Positions 1 through 10,222 are shown, numbered from the stretch's first letter. The stretch: 60,889 bases of DNA from a virus (IMGVR_UViG_3300032898_000004:1-60889), one strand, 5' to 3'. Notes: generated by a model not told the origin, from the letters alone. Made by a program: numbers and translations.

Positions 1-42
1 GATCACTGAACGGCGAGACGCCACGTGCACTCCCTCCTGGGG

Positions 43-318
43 TTATTCAGTTTCATCGAGTTCGTCGAGGTCGTGGGGGAACACCACGTCATCCTCCCAC
101 TTGCCGTTGGGCCAGTACTCCGTGACCAGTGGATATCCGTCCACGGTGCGCTCTACCCGCTTGATCCGTGGACACGGCTGCTGGTGCAGTTGAAGCCCGG
201 CGACCATGGCGTGGATACCCGCGCAGTGCATGCAGGCTGACTTGTCGCGGACCCGGCCCTCGAAGATCGCGCGGGCAGTCACGACGTCATCGTCATCGGG
301 AAGTTCCCCGTTAAACAT
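43..318 (-). CDS. hypothetical protein with Cys/His motif (possible Zn-binding)
   Basis: ORF co-directional with neighbours; CxxCxxxH...CP motif. Confidence 0.6.
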   Translation of the reverse strand: MFNGELPDDDDVVTARAIFEGRVRDKSACMHCAGIHAMVAGLQLHQQPCPRIKRVERTVDGYPLVTEYWPNGKWEDDVVFPHDLDELDETE

Positions 319-349
319 CGTGACCGCCCTCTGCGCTAGTGATCAGGTG

Positions 350-595
350 CTACGAGATGACCGTGTACGTACCGGCGTCCGCCGACGTACCGACATCCAT
401 GATAGTTGGCGTGTCCCAGCCGGCGTTGGCGCCGGGGTCGGCTGGGATGAGCATGACCTCGGTGCCGGTCGGGCCGGGGCTGATGCCGTAGTACTGCAGA
501 AGGGAGTCGTTCACACCGGGGACGATGAGCACGATCCCGATCAATGGGACGCCCCAGGGTGTGTTGACGTAGACGACGTCGCCGACGTTGGGCAC
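350..595 (-). CDS. hypothetical protein (possible small virion protein)
   Basis: GGAG RBS, lies directly downstream of the fibre-like gene. Confidence 0.6.
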   Translation of the reverse strand: MPNVGDVVYVNTPWGVPLIGIVLIVPGVNDSLLQYYGISPGPTGTEVMLIPADPGANAGWDTPTIMDVGTSADAGTYTVIS

Positions 596-605
596 GGTAC
601 TCCAA

Positions 606-3600
606 TCAGAGGACAGCGAACCACAAGGTGAAGGCGCCGGTCACGACCGGCGTAGTGAGCGTCGACGGCAACGACGTTCGCGAGGTGCCAGCCGTTCCGA
701 AGCGGAGAGCCGCTCCGGTTTGGGTTCCGTTGATGGGGGTCAGGAAGGACGAGTTCCCCAAGACCTTGGACACGGTCATGGCGTTCTGGAGCATGGCCAC
801 GAAGTAGTCGCCCGCCGGCAGGCTGCCGGTAGCCGTCGACCACGTAGCCGAGACGAGGCCGGCCGTGGTGATCTGCGTGGACAACGCTGCGGTGACTGCC
901 ACCTGCGCCAACGTCGAGGTGCTGTACAATCCCACGTAGTTCTGGTTGGCCGTGACACCGAAACCGGCGCTGCTGTTATACCAGGACACCGACGTGCTGG
1001 ACGTGATCGCGGTCGGAATGCGAACCCGAGCGACGTAGATCGTACCCTTGACGATCGTTTGCGCGGTGTTGACCTCGTCTGGCAGGAATGACCAACCGGA
1101 GTATCCCGAGTCCTGCGGCTGCCAGAGTCCCTGGTACAGGTTCGACCAGCCGGCGGCCGTGGCCGACGTGGTGATGATGGCCTGGCCGGCTGACGTTCCG
1201 GCGGCGACGGCGACGGTTCCGATGCCGGTGACCGTCGGTGACGTGGCCGTACCACCCAGGTCACCGGTAAGCTCGATCGCACCCAGCGTCGACGACGTGG
1301 CTGACGGCAGATCGGTCGAGGCGATCGTGTTCCAGCCGGGAGCGGTACTGACCGAACCGGTGCCGGTTTGAGTTAGGAACTGCTTGGTCGTCGTCGTGTT
1401 ACCAGGCAACCGTGCTGCCGTGTTCGCGGCAGATTCGTAGATCAAGTCGCCCGTGGTAGTCATGGGATCGAGCGCATTGAATGCTGACGCTGCCGTGGTC
1501 TGTCCCGTACCACCGTTGGCAATCGCGACCGTGCCGGTCACGTTGGCTGCGGTACCCGTGGTGTTCTGGTTCAGTGTCGGGACGTCGCCGACGGCGATGG
1601 TTCCCCATGCTGGAGCAGCCGAGACTGAACCGTTGCCCGTCTGAGTCAGGAAGTTCTTGGTCGCTGACGTGTTACCCGGGAGGCGTGCCGCGGTGTTGGC
1701 ACCCGACTCGTACTCGATGTCACCAGTCGTGGTCATCGGTGAGAGTGCGTTGTACGCCGCCGCGACCGTGGTCTGGCCGGTTCCACCGTGGTTGACAGCC
1801 ACGGTACCGGTGACGTTCGCGGCCGTTCCGGTCGTGTTCTGGTTCAGCGTGGGAACGTCGGAGACCTGGATGGCAGACATCTGAACGTTCGTACCGTTGC
1901 CACGCAGGAAGTCACCGGAAGTCACCGCGCCGGCGATGTTGTCCAGCGAGGTCTGCTGGCTGGAGACGTCGCTCAGGTTGTTGGCCGCGAGAAGAACGCC
2001 GGCGCCGCCAAGTGTCGTAGATCCGGTTCCGCCCTGTGCGACCGGAAGCGGGTTGGTCAAGTGCGTGGACACCACGGTTGGTGACGTGGCCGTACCGGCG
2101 AGATCGCCCGCGAGTTCCACGACACCAGTCGCGCCCGTGGTCGCGCCCTGCTTGATGTTCGCGAACGCCGTAGCCGCCGATGACACGTCCGACAGGTTAT
2201 TCGACGACTGCAGGATTCCCGCGGCTGACAGGGTGGACGCACCGGTACCGCCGTTGGCGACCGTGACCGGCGTTGACAGGCTGATGGTGTTACCAGCCTG
2301 TGTCAGTCCGTTGCCGACGTTGACGAGACCAGGTGAACTGAACTGGGTCCAGTTGATCTGGTTCGTGCCGATGACGTCGGTCAGAGTGAATCCGATGACC
2401 GTCCAGCCGGCGCCCTTGTTGACCGTGCCGTTGTTGATGAACGCGGCGGCGCCGACGACCAGCGTTGGCGTGTCCATGTCCGTCGAACGGGTGAGCACGT
2501 AGGGAACACTCACGGTGCCAAGCGTGGTCACGGTGTAGATGCCGTTGTTGATCGGCTGGGCCTCGTTCTTGATGATCAGTCGATCGTTCAAGACGGGCGT
2601 ATAGCCGTCGATCGTCAGCGCGCCGGCTGACGTCGCGGTCAAGGTAGCGCCGACACCGGCAGAGCCGTTGTCGTACGTGTTGGCCGGCAGCGCGGTGGTA
2701 GTTCCGGCTGCCACCGAGGCCTTGACCGAGATACCAGCGGCGAGCCCCTGCACGTAGCCCAGGGTCACGGCGTCGAACTCGTTGACCGGCGTCGGAACGA
2801 TGATCTCGCCGGTGAACGTCTTGGTTCCGGCGACCGACTGGGTTGACGTGAGGTCCACGAAGTTCTGGGTCGTGGATCCAGTACCGCCCTGCGCCAGCGG
2901 GAGCGGGTTCGTCAGGTGGGTGCTGAGAACTTCCGGCGCGATTGCCGTGTTGCCGAGGTCACCTGCGAGCTGGATGACACCAGTTCCGCCGGTCGTGGCC
3001 TGCTGCTTGATGTTGTTGAAGGCCGTGACCTCGTTGGCCACGTCATCCAGGTTGTTCGCCGAGAGCAGGCCGCCGATGGAGGCAGCTGACGTGGGAATCT
3101 GCCCGAACGCCGCACCGTCGTCGGAGGCAGAGCCGTTCTCGACGTGGTGGATCCCGTGCCCGCCCATGCTCACGTCACCAGTCATGGTCCCACCGGCGGT
3201 TGGCAGGGCACCCAGACTGCTCAGCGCCGCGGTAGCCGTCGTTGCGTTGGTTCCACCCTGCGCGATGGGCAACGGGTTCGTCAAGTGCGTAGAGACGACC
3301 AGTGGATCGGTATCGGTTCCACCGATGTCACCACCGAGCTGGATGCCGGTGCCCACCGGGGTCTGCCAGGTACCGTCGCCAGCGAGGAACTCCGTGTCCA
3401 CGCCGGGCGGGGTGGAGATCGCGGTGCCCTGGATCGACTCGACGATCGGGTCGGGTCCGGTGCCGCCGATGTCCCCACCGATCTGCACGAACGACAGAAG
3501 GACTGGCGCGGGTACGACTGGAGAGAGCTGGGCCAGGTCAACCGTGGTCCCGTACGAGGACGGGATGTCGATCGTGTAGATCGCGGTTGGGCTGTTGTTG

Positions 3601-3845
3601 ATGCTCTCCGTGATTTGCCAGGCCCAGCCGAGCGGGAGCAGCCCGGCGTTGTCGGTCGTGATCACGCCGGACAGGGAGAACTTCCCCAGCTGCAACTGGA
3701 CCGTGATCGGGACCTGCGGGATGATCGTGTGCCCAGCGGCGTCGACGATGCGGGCCGTCGGCGTGAAGCTGACGTAACCCGTGGCGACGCTGCTGCCGGC
3801 GCCAGGAGGATAGCTACCCGTTACCATGATCGTCGTCAGTGCCAT
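606..3845 (-). CDS. large repeat-rich virion fibre/adhesin-like structural protein (1079 aa)
   Basis: Gly/Thr/Ala-rich; repeated THLTNPLP.AQGGT, L.GDLGGT, NNLSDV, TLNQNTTGTAANVTGTVA motifs typical of phage fibre proteins; GAGGGAGG RBS. Confidence 0.7.
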   Translation of the reverse strand: MALTTIMVTGSYPPGAGSSVATGYVSFTPTARIVDAAGHTIIPQVPITVQLQLGKFSLSGVITTDNAGLLPLGWAWQITESINNSPTAIYTIDIPSSYGTTVDLAQLSPVVPAPVLLSFVQIGGDIGGTGPDPIVESIQGTAISTPPGVDTEFLAGDGTWQTPVGTGIQLGGDIGGTDTDPLVVSTHLTNPLPIAQGGTNATTATAALSSLGALPTAGGTMTGDVSMGGHGIHHVENGSASDDGAAFGQIPTSAASIGGLLSANNLDDVANEVTAFNNIKQQATTGGTGVIQLAGDLGNTAIAPEVLSTHLTNPLPLAQGGTGSTTQNFVDLTSTQSVAGTKTFTGEIIVPTPVNEFDAVTLGYVQGLAAGISVKASVAAGTTTALPANTYDNGSAGVGATLTATSAGALTIDGYTPVLNDRLIIKNEAQPINNGIYTVTTLGTVSVPYVLTRSTDMDTPTLVVGAAAFINNGTVNKGAGWTVIGFTLTDVIGTNQINWTQFSSPGLVNVGNGLTQAGNTISLSTPVTVANGGTGASTLSAAGILQSSNNLSDVSSAATAFANIKQGATTGATGVVELAGDLAGTATSPTVVSTHLTNPLPVAQGGTGSTTLGGAGVLLAANNLSDVSSQQTSLDNIAGAVTSGDFLRGNGTNVQMSAIQVSDVPTLNQNTTGTAANVTGTVAVNHGGTGQTTVAAAYNALSPMTTTGDIEYESGANTAARLPGNTSATKNFLTQTGNGSVSAAPAWGTIAVGDVPTLNQNTTGTAANVTGTVAIANGGTGQTTAASAFNALDPMTTTGDLIYESAANTAARLPGNTTTTKQFLTQTGTGSVSTAPGWNTIASTDLPSATSSTLGAIELTGDLGGTATSPTVTGIGTVAVAAGTSAGQAIITTSATAAGWSNLYQGLWQPQDSGYSGWSFLPDEVNTAQTIVKGTIYVARVRIPTAITSSTSVSWYNSSAGFGVTANQNYVGLYSTSTLAQVAVTAALSTQITTAGLVSATWSTATGSLPAGDYFVAMLQNAMTVSKVLGNSSFLTPINGTQTGAALRFGTAGTSRTSLPSTLTTPVVTGAFTLWFAVL

Positions 3846-4074
3846 CGAAACCTCCCTCGGTGCCAGCTGGTGGCCGTGGCCCGCCCGTCACCGCACACGC
3901 GACCAGGTAGAGTGACTGCCCGGGGTTGAACCCGGCGGCACGGGCACCACAGTACAGTTCGTGGGCGTTGAACATGCCAACCTGCAGGGGAGAGAAACTC
4001 GGAAACCGGAAGCTGCTTTCAACTTCCTCGGACTCGGCCGTGGTCTGCTCGGCCTCGCGGTCCTGCTCTTCCAC
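3814..4074 (-). CDS. hypothetical protein
   Basis: AGGAG RBS + GTG start just after the terminase stop. Confidence 0.55.
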   Translation of the reverse strand: MEEQDREAEQTTAESEEVESSFRFPSFSPLQVGMFNAHELYCGARAAGFNPGQSLYLVACAVTGGPRPPAGTEGGFDGTDDDHGNG

Positions 4075-4082
4075 GGTGACTC

Positions 4083-5525
4083 CTAGGTGTCGAGCGCGGT
4101 GCCGCAGTACGGGCACCGAGTGCGAGTCGTGCCCATGGCCGTGATTGGGAAACCACGGCCGCAGTTCTCGCAGGTGTGAATGCCGTAGGCGTCCAGCCAG
4201 GAACCGGACGACAGTCCGCGAAGCTCGGTTATGGCCCAGACGAGAGCATCCACGCGGTCGGGTGACTTGCCGATACCGGGCACCCAGGTGACCATCTGGT
4301 CCTCGAGTTCCGGCAACGAGCCCAGGTGGTGGACGCGGTGCTGCTCGTAGAGCGCGGCGACTGGTTCGGCACGAATCGCCTTACCTCGCGAGGCGCGTAC
4401 CGCGTGGTACGGGATGCCCGCGTTGATGGTGCGCAGCGTGTTACCGATGTAGTCGCCGCCGTTGTTGACCTCACCAACGACGCAGTCTGCCTCGTGGTGA
4501 TCGTACGCCCAGGCGACCTTCTGCATGGTCTGGTTGGGCGTACCTTGGAAGCTGTAGTCGGCGATCACGTAGCCGTGACCGTTCTTGTCCTCGCCGGCGA
4601 CGATGATGCCGGTCTCGTCGGACTCCTCGTTGGACGTGACGGCTGGGTCGATGGCGACGACGACGCGGACCAGCTGCGGAAGTTCCTCGCGGCCGATCCG
4701 GGTAGCGTCGATGTCGGACCGCTGCCAGAGCGCGCCCTCGATGTCGTCGAGCAGCTCACCCTCGAGCTCCTGGCGACCAATCCTGGTGCCTTCGTACCGC
4801 CGCTTCAGTTCGATGATGGCGGTCTTGGAAAGGTTGTCGCTGTTCTCCCAGGTGGAACCACGGGTCATGTGCACGGAGCCGTCGGTGCGTCCCACGAGGC
4901 TTCTGACGAGCAGCGTGGGACGAGGCGTCGTGGTGACCACGATTCGCGGATTCTTACCCTTACGGAGTGCTGGGATCAAGCCCTCGTGCCAGGTCTCGTC
5001 GTACCGCCAGGAGCCGAGCTCGTCGCACCAGGCGCCCCAGAGGTTGGCGCCACGGATGCGCTCTGGCTGGTCAGCCGAGTACCCGAAGATCTTAGAGCCG
5101 TTGGCGAGCGTGATCTTGCACTCGTTGCGGCTGTACTTGGCGAGTTCGCCCTCGTTGAGAGCGGCGAGCACGCCCGTGGTTCCCTCGATGCAGGTCTTGG
5201 AGACATCGCGGAACGTGGGGGCGAGGATCGCCCACTCGGTCTCCGGCTGCTTCAGCGCCTCGTGCACGATCCAGTTGGAGCCAACCTTGGACTTGCCCCA
5301 ACCACGGCCAGCCATGACGAGCCAGATGATCCAGTCGTCGTCTGGGCTCTTGCAGTTGGGTCCACACTCGTGGCGCTCGTCGTTCGGCGCGATCTGCTTG
5401 GCACGTGCACCCGGCATGTACTCACGGGCATCGAGGTTGCTGCTCTCGAGGAGGTTCCGTTGCTTCTGCAGTTCCCGAAGGTAGCGAAGCCGGTCCAGCT
5501 TGTACTGCTCGATGTTATCCGACAC
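4083..5525 (-). CDS. terL: terminase large subunit (ATPase + RNase H-like nuclease, C-terminal Zn ribbon)
   Basis: Walker A AGRGWGKS, Walker B AWCDE, TTTP coupling motif, nuclease AIDPA...DETG...DRVDA; CxxC...CxxC tail. Confidence 0.95.
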   Translation of the reverse strand: MSDNIEQYKLDRLRYLRELQKQRNLLESSNLDAREYMPGARAKQIAPNDERHECGPNCKSPDDDWIIWLVMAGRGWGKSKVGSNWIVHEALKQPETEWAILAPTFRDVSKTCIEGTTGVLAALNEGELAKYSRNECKITLANGSKIFGYSADQPERIRGANLWGAWCDELGSWRYDETWHEGLIPALRKGKNPRIVVTTTPRPTLLVRSLVGRTDGSVHMTRGSTWENSDNLSKTAIIELKRRYEGTRIGRQELEGELLDDIEGALWQRSDIDATRIGREELPQLVRVVVAIDPAVTSNEESDETGIIVAGEDKNGHGYVIADYSFQGTPNQTMQKVAWAYDHHEADCVVGEVNNGGDYIGNTLRTINAGIPYHAVRASRGKAIRAEPVAALYEQHRVHHLGSLPELEDQMVTWVPGIGKSPDRVDALVWAITELRGLSSGSWLDAYGIHTCENCGRGFPITAMGTTRTRCPYCGTALDT

Positions 5526-5540
5526 GTCACCTCCCAGGTG

Positions 5541-5569
5541 TTTACATTGTAGTCCTACTAGGATATAGT
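5541..5569 (+). promoter_or_regulatory. phage promoter TTTACA-N17-TATAGT
   Basis: member of a family of about 21 copies. Confidence 0.75.
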
Positions 5570-5608
5570 AGAACTAGCAGCAAGGAACCCGAGAGAGAAG
5601 AGAGAATC

Positions 5609-5872
5609 GTGCGGAAGATCAACCTCGATGAGGCCGACACGAAGTTGATGAAGACCGGCGTCAGCCCCAGCCAGGTCGACGCCGTGATGCGGAAGGTCAG
5701 CGAGCAGCTCGGAGAGACCTGGCAGTGCAGCCGGTACTCCGGTATCTGGCACTTCTTCCACAAGGACGAGAACGGTAAGGTCATCAAGAACGTCCCGAGC
5801 CGCCGTCGGAACTTCACCCAGGCTCTGTCGGACGCCACCGAGGCGTCCATCGTCATCGCGATCAGTCTCTAG
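5609..5872 (+). CDS. hypothetical protein
   Basis: GTG start after promoter and purine-rich leader; strong codon bias. Confidence 0.65.
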   Translation: MRKINLDEADTKLMKTGVSPSQVDAVMRKVSEQLGETWQCSRYSGIWHFFHKDENGKVIKNVPSRRRNFTQALSDATEASIVIAISL

Positions 5873-5881
5873 GAGAACGCA

Positions 5882-6127
5882 ATGATCACCAGTGTCATCG
5901 ACAACGCCCGCCAGGTGCTCCGCGAGGGGTACGTCATCGGTTGCGAGGATGGGGACGAGATCCACCTGCACTGGTTGCAGACGGGCGGCGAGGTCGGCGA
6001 GCGCATCGCCGAGGGTATCATCCAGCTGATCAGCGACGGGGAGGCCACGGTCACCGACCGGCACGTCAGCCACGGACTGTACGAGCTCGAGCTCAACGAG
6101 CCCGAGGTCACCGTCGACTGCGAGTAG
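5882..6127 (+). CDS. hypothetical protein
   Basis: AGGAG RBS, followed by terminator. Confidence 0.7.
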   Translation: MITSVIDNARQVLREGYVIGCEDGDEIHLHWLQTGGEVGERIAEGIIQLISDGEATVTDRHVSHGLYELELNEPEVTVDCE

Positions 6128-6138
6128 TTCCAGAAATG

Positions 6139-6165
6139 CCAAGGGGCCCCTCGGGGCCCTTTTGG
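6139..6165. terminator. intrinsic terminator hairpin between convergent genes
   Basis: CCAAGGGGCCCC-TC-GGGGCCCTTTTGG. Confidence 0.75.
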
Positions 6166-6177
6166 TTTGCTCTGAAA

Positions 6178-6693
6178 CTAGTCGATCTTGCCGCCCTGCC
6201 GACGCAGGTCCTCTTCGAGCCGCATGATCTCCTCCTCGACGGAGGTAAGCGTAATGGTCTCGATGCGGGTTGGCGCGTCCAGGCCGAGTAGCTTCGATCG
6301 CTGCTGCTTGACGTGCAAGATCCGGTCCATGACTTCCAGCTGGAACCGGTGGTCGGCCATCGGAATGCCGTCCAGGATGACCATGCGGCCGTGCTGGACC
6401 AGCACGACCTCGGTGTCGAGAAGCTTCCAGAGACGGACTTCAATCTCGTTGAGTCCGCGAAGCTCCATGTACCGTTGCTCGTCGCGGGCGAAGCGGACCG
6501 CGTCGGCCATCGCGCGGCGGGCCGCGTTGATCGCGTCCCGGTCACTGGCGTAGCCGAGGGTCTCGGCGATCTCCTGCGGGTCCCAGCCGAGGGCGACGAG
6601 CTTGGCAGCCTGCATGTCTCGCTGTGCACCGGCAACGAGCTTGCCCTTGGGCGCATCAGACGTGGGTACGAGGAAGAAACCCTCGTCAGCCAC
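6178..6693 (-). CDS. putative terminase small subunit / HTH protein
   Basis: N-terminal HTH-like GWDPQEIAETLGY, C-terminal RSKLLGLDAP motif seen in TerS-like proteins; upstream of and co-directional with terL. Confidence 0.6.
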   Translation of the reverse strand: MADEGFFLVPTSDAPKGKLVAGAQRDMQAAKLVALGWDPQEIAETLGYASDRDAINAARRAMADAVRFARDEQRYMELRGLNEIEVRLWKLLDTEVVLVQHGRMVILDGIPMADHRFQLEVMDRILHVKQQRSKLLGLDAPTRIETITLTSVEEEIMRLEEDLRRQGGKID

Positions 6694-6802
6694 GCTGACC
6701 TCCCTCGAAAGACACTTGTTCTATGATCATTATTGTAATTCGTACGACGCGGGTTGTCCAGTGCTTGTGGGCAAAAAGATCTTCACGGGTTAGAATTGTC
6801 TC

Positions 6803-7453
6803 ATGGGGACCACGACTGACCACTCAACGGATGATCCAACGCGACCCGATGGCCGCCTAACCGACGCCTGCAACCTGGCCCAGCGGCTACACGTGGTCCT
6901 CGAGGACCTGATCCAGTACCAGGGATCACGGCAGGACACGATGGGCCGGATGGCAACGACGGTTCACGCCAGCATTCCGTGGAACGCCCAGGCGGCGTAC
7001 CTAATCTTCGACCTGGGTCAGATGGTCCGTGAACTCGAGAACAATCTGCACTTGATGATCTCGAAGGATACCACGAGCGTCACCCGTGGCGGTTCCAACA
7101 AGAATACCCAGCTGGCCCTGCGTGGACTTCCCGACCTGGCCCTCGGGGTCGGTAACGAGGTTGCCCACCTGGTTGCCCGTCAGGTCGAGAACTGGTGCAC
7201 CGCTGCCCGGACCGTGATCGGTGAAGTCGAACCACTGAGCCGACTCCCACGACTCCCGGGTCAGGGCGAGCTGCGATGCCCGTGGTGCCAGCGGGAGTCA
7301 CTCCGCATGCAGACCCAGGCTGGGCTGATCCGATGCGTGAACCCGATCTGTCTAGACGAGGACGGGAAGCGACCAGTCGCCCACGCCGAGCTAGAACAGA
7401 ACGTACCGGTGTTCCGCTGGCAGAATGACGCTACGACGACCTGGGGGTCGTGA
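6803..7453 (+). CDS. hypothetical protein with C-terminal Zn finger
   Basis: CPWC...CVNPIC motif. Confidence 0.65.
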   Translation: MGTTTDHSTDDPTRPDGRLTDACNLAQRLHVVLEDLIQYQGSRQDTMGRMATTVHASIPWNAQAAYLIFDLGQMVRELENNLHLMISKDTTSVTRGGSNKNTQLALRGLPDLALGVGNEVAHLVARQVENWCTAARTVIGEVEPLSRLPRLPGQGELRCPWCQRESLRMQTQAGLIRCVNPICLDEDGKRPVAHAELEQNVPVFRWQNDATTTWGS

Positions 7454-7855
7454 GTGCCACGAGGCTGGAGTCCAGACGCACTTCCCGTAGTCCCACTCGA
7501 TGGGAAGACGTGGACCGTCGCCGAGGCCGTGAGTATCCTCGGATTGAACACAATCCAGGCGCGGATCCTACGCAATGGGATTCAGTACACCCACGTGTTT
7601 CCCGTGGGGCGGCGTCGGTCAACGATCGCGGTGTACGCTGGTAGTGACAAGACGTACGCCGCGAAGGGTGGGCCTCAGGGGCGATACGCGAAGGTCTACC
7701 GGGCTGAGGAGCTCATCGAGCTCGTCGAGCTACTCGGACTGAACGGCCCGAGGTACGAGTCTGGCGCACAGCCCGCGTTACCCGAACCGTCTCAGCCTCG
7801 ATCCGCAAGCCGTCAACCTCGGTCTCCAGCTGAACCAGCCACTGGCCCGGAGTAA
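7454..7855 (+). CDS. putative DNA-binding (HTH-like) protein
   Basis: WTVAEAVSILG helix motif; abuts previous stop. Confidence 0.5.
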   Translation: MPRGWSPDALPVVPLDGKTWTVAEAVSILGLNTIQARILRNGIQYTHVFPVGRRRSTIAVYAGSDKTYAAKGGPQGRYAKVYRAEELIELVELLGLNGPRYESGAQPALPEPSQPRSASRQPRSPAEPATGPE

Positions 7856-8032
7856 GGACTCGGACACCCTGGTTGTCACTCATCACGACTGGAATCTCGA
7901 CGCTAGCCAGCATGATGACCGTCTGACCGTTGCCCAGTCGGTCTGGGTTGCTCGTCACGAGGTGCCAGGTAGTCCCAACGCGGACGTGATCACCGCGCTT
8001 CACCGATCCCGGTGGAACCAGGTCCCCGGTGA

Positions 8033-8572
8033 TCACGCCATCACCGCGGCGAACGTAGTGGTGTCCGCCGTATTCGGGTCGGAGGCGTGCTTGGCCCGAG
8101 CGAGGATCGCCTGCGCCTGCGCCTGCACGAACGCGAGGGCCTCCTCCTCGGTCATCTCGTTGATGTCGTCGGCCCGGCCGTCGAACATCTGGGCACCCTG
8201 ACGGGCGGCGACTTCCGCGTTGCGCGCCTGACGACGGGCGGTACGGACTTCGAGCCAGTCGATCTTCTCCTGCATGTTCCGGATGAACATCTGATCCATC
8301 TCCTTGAGCATCTCGAGCACCGACTCGCTGACTGCCACACCCTGGCCCTTGATCACCGCGATCTTCGTCCTGGTGTCGCGGAGCGGGGTGCGCGGCAGGG
8401 TCTTGATCGGATCCGGACGCCACGGCGTGGTGTTCACGGGTTCGGTCTGCCACGGACGCTCACGCTCGGGGCTGAGGAGTTCCCGCTGCCGGATCTGTCG
8501 GTTCTCCACCGACGGACGGTCCAACCAGTCCTGGAACTTCTTCTGCTGACGAGTCATCCAGTTCTTGATCAT
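8033..8572 (-). CDS. hypothetical protein
   Basis: GGAG RBS, coding-like composition. Confidence 0.65.
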   Translation of the reverse strand: MIKNWMTRQQKKFQDWLDRPSVENRQIRQRELLSPERERPWQTEPVNTTPWRPDPIKTLPRTPLRDTRTKIAVIKGQGVAVSESVLEMLKEMDQMFIRNMQEKIDWLEVRTARRQARNAEVAARQGAQMFDGRADDINEMTEEEALAFVQAQAQAILARAKHASDPNTADTTTFAAVMA

Positions 8573-8598
8573 TTCAATCTCCGTCTCGAGTGTGGTAG

Positions 8599-9525
8599 TT
8601 AAGCGGCCAGGGCTGCCTTCGTGTTCGGACCAACGCGCCCGTCTCCGTGCCCGTTGATCTCGCTGTTCCCAACCTTGCGCTTGAGCTGGAACTCCTCGAC
8701 GCTCGCGAGCGTCGCGGGACCAAACTCACCGTCGACCTTCAGCGGCTGACTGGTGATTACACTATACCAGGTGTTGAGCATCGCCTGAATAGCGCTGACA
8801 CCTGGTCCACGGTACCCAACCGTGATCGTACCGTAGCGGTCCGCGATGTCCATGAACGCCCGCTTGGTGAGTGGGCCCTTCTCGCCATCTTCCTCGAGGT
8901 GGGCACCGTACTCGTTCAGCACCCTCTGAAGCTCGACCACCTTGGGATCTGACTTCGTCGCCGGCACCGTCGGCGGGGTGACGGGCGTACCAGCTTGGGT
9001 GTCCCACAGTGGGGCGTCAGCCACGATGACCGAGAGGTCGTAGGGCCGCCCAGCCTGCTGGTTACCCACGTACTGGGTGGCCGTACTGCCCGCGGTCAAG
9101 TGCTTCTCGCCAGTCCAGTCCGCGTCCCAGTACCCGCCGCTCGGTTTCGGGTTCGCCGTGACCGTGGACTTGGACCCGTAGAGCAGCGTCAGGTAGCCGG
9201 CGGCCTCGAGGATCGCGCTGAAGTCCTCGACGTACTGGGCGTCCTTCGCGGTCTCGTAGTCGAGGCCAACGAGGGTGTGCTTGGGAGCACCAATCAAGCC
9301 CAGGTGCTTGATCGCAGCCTGGGCGTCGGTAGCCACGTTGACCTCACCTGGGTCACTCCGGGTCCAGATGGGGAGCAGGTACCGGGTCTTCAGTGCCTTG
9401 ACCGAGGTCATCAGAGGCACGTTGGGCGTGTCACCGCCGATGTAGAACGCGAGCACCTCGATGCCATCACCCTCCACGAGTGGAGCGATGGTGCTCATGT
9501 CTGCCATCACCATGACGCTGGTCAA
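8599..9525 (-). CDS. endolysin-like: glycoside-hydrolase-like (DUF1906/GH25-like) domain + peptidoglycan-binding repeats
   Basis: AFYIGG, LDYE, LYGS, WDADW, ATQY motifs; two PG_binding_1-like repeats (LQRVLN..DG..GP.T; IQAMLN..DGEFGPAT..FQ); GGAGG RBS before TTG at 9525. Confidence 0.8.
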   Translation of the reverse strand: MTSVMVMADMSTIAPLVEGDGIEVLAFYIGGDTPNVPLMTSVKALKTRYLLPIWTRSDPGEVNVATDAQAAIKHLGLIGAPKHTLVGLDYETAKDAQYVEDFSAILEAAGYLTLLYGSKSTVTANPKPSGGYWDADWTGEKHLTAGSTATQYVGNQQAGRPYDLSVIVADAPLWDTQAGTPVTPPTVPATKSDPKVVELQRVLNEYGAHLEEDGEKGPLTKRAFMDIADRYGTITVGYRGPGVSAIQAMLNTWYSVITSQPLKVDGEFGPATLASVEEFQLKRKVGNSEINGHGDGRVGPNTKAALAA

Positions 9526-9589
9526 CGTGCCTCCAAGATCCCTCGGTAGTTCTACTTTACCACCGTGACCTCGGGGTGTGAACCCTTGA

Positions 9590-10222
9590 TCAGTTCGCGG
9601 GCTTCTGGCCCTTCGTGTACTTGACCAGCTGGTTCGTGAGCAGGCTGAGCTGGGAGTCGGTGTACAGGTAGTCACCGGTCCAGTTCATGTAGACACCGTC
9701 CACGGTGAAGAAGAACACCGACGTGGGTCCGCCCTCGTTGGGACCGAAGGACAGGTCGTCGCCGGGGAGTTCCACGTTCACGCCGGCCGCACCGTTCGTA
9801 CCCGCCGAGTTGAAGTACCCGGCCTCGTCGGCGGTCATCGAGGACTGCATCGACGAGACCTTGCCGATGACCGGAACCTCGGCGATGACCTGTCCGTAGC
9901 TGAACAGGTACACCCAGCCCAGCTTCGTGGGCTCGTTGAACATCAGCAGCTTGCGGCGCTGGTTCTGGAGTTCCAGCGAGGTGTCCAGCTGCTTCGCCGG
10001 GTACTGGCACTCCGGGTTGTCCTTGACGCGGTTGTACGCGTCGACGGTCAGTGCGACCTGCTGGTCGGTGAGGGTGTTGGCGTCGCTCACGTTGCTCGTC
10101 TCCGCTGATCCTGATCCGCTGGACGGGTCACACGCCGCGACCCCCACGGCAACGGCCGCACCGACGGCCGCCAGGCCGAAGAGCTTCCGACGGCCGTCAT
10201 TCACGTTCTCGTTCTCGCTCAA
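9590..10222 (-). CDS. lipoprotein (twin-Arg-like signal + lipobox VAAC)
   Basis: GRRKLFGLAAVGAAVAVGVAAC. Confidence 0.7.
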   Translation of the reverse strand: MSENENVNDGRRKLFGLAAVGAAVAVGVAACDPSSGSGSAETSNVSDANTLTDQQVALTVDAYNRVKDNPECQYPAKQLDTSLELQNQRRKLLMFNEPTKLGWVYLFSYGQVIAEVPVIGKVSSMQSSMTADEAGYFNSAGTNGAAGVNVELPGDDLSFGPNEGGPTSVFFFTVDGVYMNWTGDYLYTDSQLSLLTNQLVKYTKGQKPAN

